Position numbers and translations under genes: made by a program
Part shown: positions 63,155 to 64,000 of the stretch, piece by piece
Layout of the letters: the number at the start of each line of letters is the position of its first letter
Numbering within the stretch: the stretch's first letter is position 1
Virus record (IMG/VR): IMGVR_UViG_3300008740_000001
Location: 128,001 to 192,000 of that record
DNA: 64,000 nt
Strand: one strand, 5' to 3'
From: a virus
Taxonomy: Duplodnaviria > Caudoviricetes
Notes under the pieces: model-generated
Seen by the model: only the letters and a program-made list of their open reading frames with translations
The model's database searches: none
What the model was told of the DNA's origin: nothing

Positions 63155-63353
63155 TTTGGTGAGAAACTACATGACGGAACAACTGGGTACTGTTGTTGCT
63201 GAGTCGTGTCGCGTTACTGGTGGTAACGATACTGACGAGCCTCATAGTTTTCAAGTGCTGTGGACTACTACGGGCGATTTTGGAGGCGAAGTTGGGTCTA
63301 AAGAATGGACAGGCCCGACGTTTGTGGAGATATTGGATGATGATCGGTCTTGA
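63141..63353 (+). CDS. SH3-like cassette protein
   Basis: MQVGDLV...VEILDDDRS*. Confidence 0.68.
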   Translation: MQVGDLVRNYMTEQLGTVVAESCRVTGGNDTDEPHSFQVLWTTTGDFGGEVGSKEWTGPTFVEILDDDRS

Positions 63354-63404
63354 CATTTACTTGACAAAGAACCTCTTGACAGCGACCGAGGCATATGGTA
63401 TATT
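63350..63404 (+). promoter_or_regulatory. Triple -35 promoter
   Basis: TTGACA(63350), TTGACA(63361), TTGACA(63376)-N17-TATATT. Confidence 0.85.
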
Positions 63405-63428
63405 ATAGGCACAATCAAGGAGATCCCT

Positions 63429-63776
63429 GTGGGTTATAGATCAGAAGTTTTGCTAGCAGTCAGCGCGAAGGCTTACGCGCTGCTTACCACCAAAATCGCC
63501 AAAGGCGGGCCATTCGCGGAGTTGTTTAGTGATGAGTGCACATCGGACCAGCGCGATTATGACAACGATGGCAGCAAGATGTTTCTTTGGGGAAGTGTCA
63601 AGTGGTACGACAGTTATCCAGAGGTCGCTGCCGTCGAGCAGTTTATGTCAACTCTTGATGAAAACGATATGGAAGAAGAATACAAGTTTGTCCGTGTCGG
63701 TGAGGACATGGACGACAACGAAGGACGAGGCTGGGGTTTTGATGACATCTATATCACCCGCTCAATCAACTACTAA
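63429..63776 (+). CDS. Conserved phage hypothetical protein
   Basis: MGYRSEV...WGSVKWY...FVRVGE..DD.E; AAGGAG SD. Confidence 0.65.
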   Translation: MGYRSEVLLAVSAKAYALLTTKIAKGGPFAELFSDECTSDQRDYDNDGSKMFLWGSVKWYDSYPEVAAVEQFMSTLDENDMEEEYKFVRVGEDMDDNEGRGWGFDDIYITRSINY

Positions 63777-63969
63777 TCGAGGCTGTCACGCGAGACACCA
63801 ATAACTATAAGTGAGGGCTCATTGTCTCTAACGAGCCCATGCGTCAGGATAGGCTCACTAACTATGAGCATGGCGCGAACCCGCAAGGGAGTGATAGAGA
63901 GACTAGCGAGGGCAACGCGGCGAGAACAGCGCAGCCTGTGGTGTCCGTGATGGGCAACCTCGATTAGTA
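63771..63969 (+). ncRNA. Candidate ~200-nt structured ncRNA
   Basis: Perfect 12-bp terminal inverted repeat TACTAATCGAGG/CCTCGATTAGTA, nested stems TCACG/CGTGA and GACACCA/TGGTGTC, and three internal hairpins including CCC-GCAA-GGG. Confidence 0.55.
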
Positions 63970-64000
63970 AACTTTATAGCAACCAAAAACAGGATCATAA

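Noticed and set aside
58901-63353. Junction repeats as a CRISPR array
   Set aside because: Repeats are degenerate and protein-coding in two frames, the intervals are 150-280 nt ORFs rather than 30-40 nt spacers, and no cas genes are present.
63771-63969. Retron msr-msd (a1/a2 repeats) or 6S RNA
   Set aside because: No long msd hairpin and no reverse transcriptase in the window; the interior is multibranched rather than rod-shaped with a central bubble.

Overview
This window is a 64-kb slice of a large lytic myovirus (T4-like/jumbo-type) genome. Essentially all credible genes lie on the + strand and use the standard code. Nt 1-11.7 kb is a contractile tail module (sheath, tube, assembly chaperone pair, tape measure, baseplate). 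Nt 11.7-29 kb covers replication and nucleotide metabolism (minimal family-A polymerase, tubulin/FtsZ-like protein, gp32-type SSB, RecA, 5'-3' exonuclease, DnaB-type helicase, class II RNR, GroES, ClpP, DnaE) plus tRNA-iMet. Nt 29-53 kb mixes putative head-packaged proteins sharing an N-terminal I/L-x-E motif with dUTPase, an active and a degenerate adenine methylase, IMPDH/GMPR, a stand-alone sigma region-4 protein, a second ClpP, a YkuD-like candidate lysin, GroEL, a holin-like protein, a protease, a vWA lipoprotein, a fibre protein and a nucleotidyltransferase. Nt 53-64 kb is an early/accessory region of small genes. The most striking unexplained structures are: (i) a tandem array of small SH3-like gene cassettes joined by a conserved junction that is at once the C-terminus and stop of one gene and the SD, start and N-terminus of the next (nine exact 14-nt overlaps); (ii) six promoters carrying three -35-like hexamers at identical offsets (0, +11, +26); (iii) two candidate structured ncRNAs (after tRNA-Leu and at 63771-63969). 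Myxococcota-like lipoproteins hint at a deltaproteobacterial host (inference only). Protein assignments are by motif recognition; no database searches were run.
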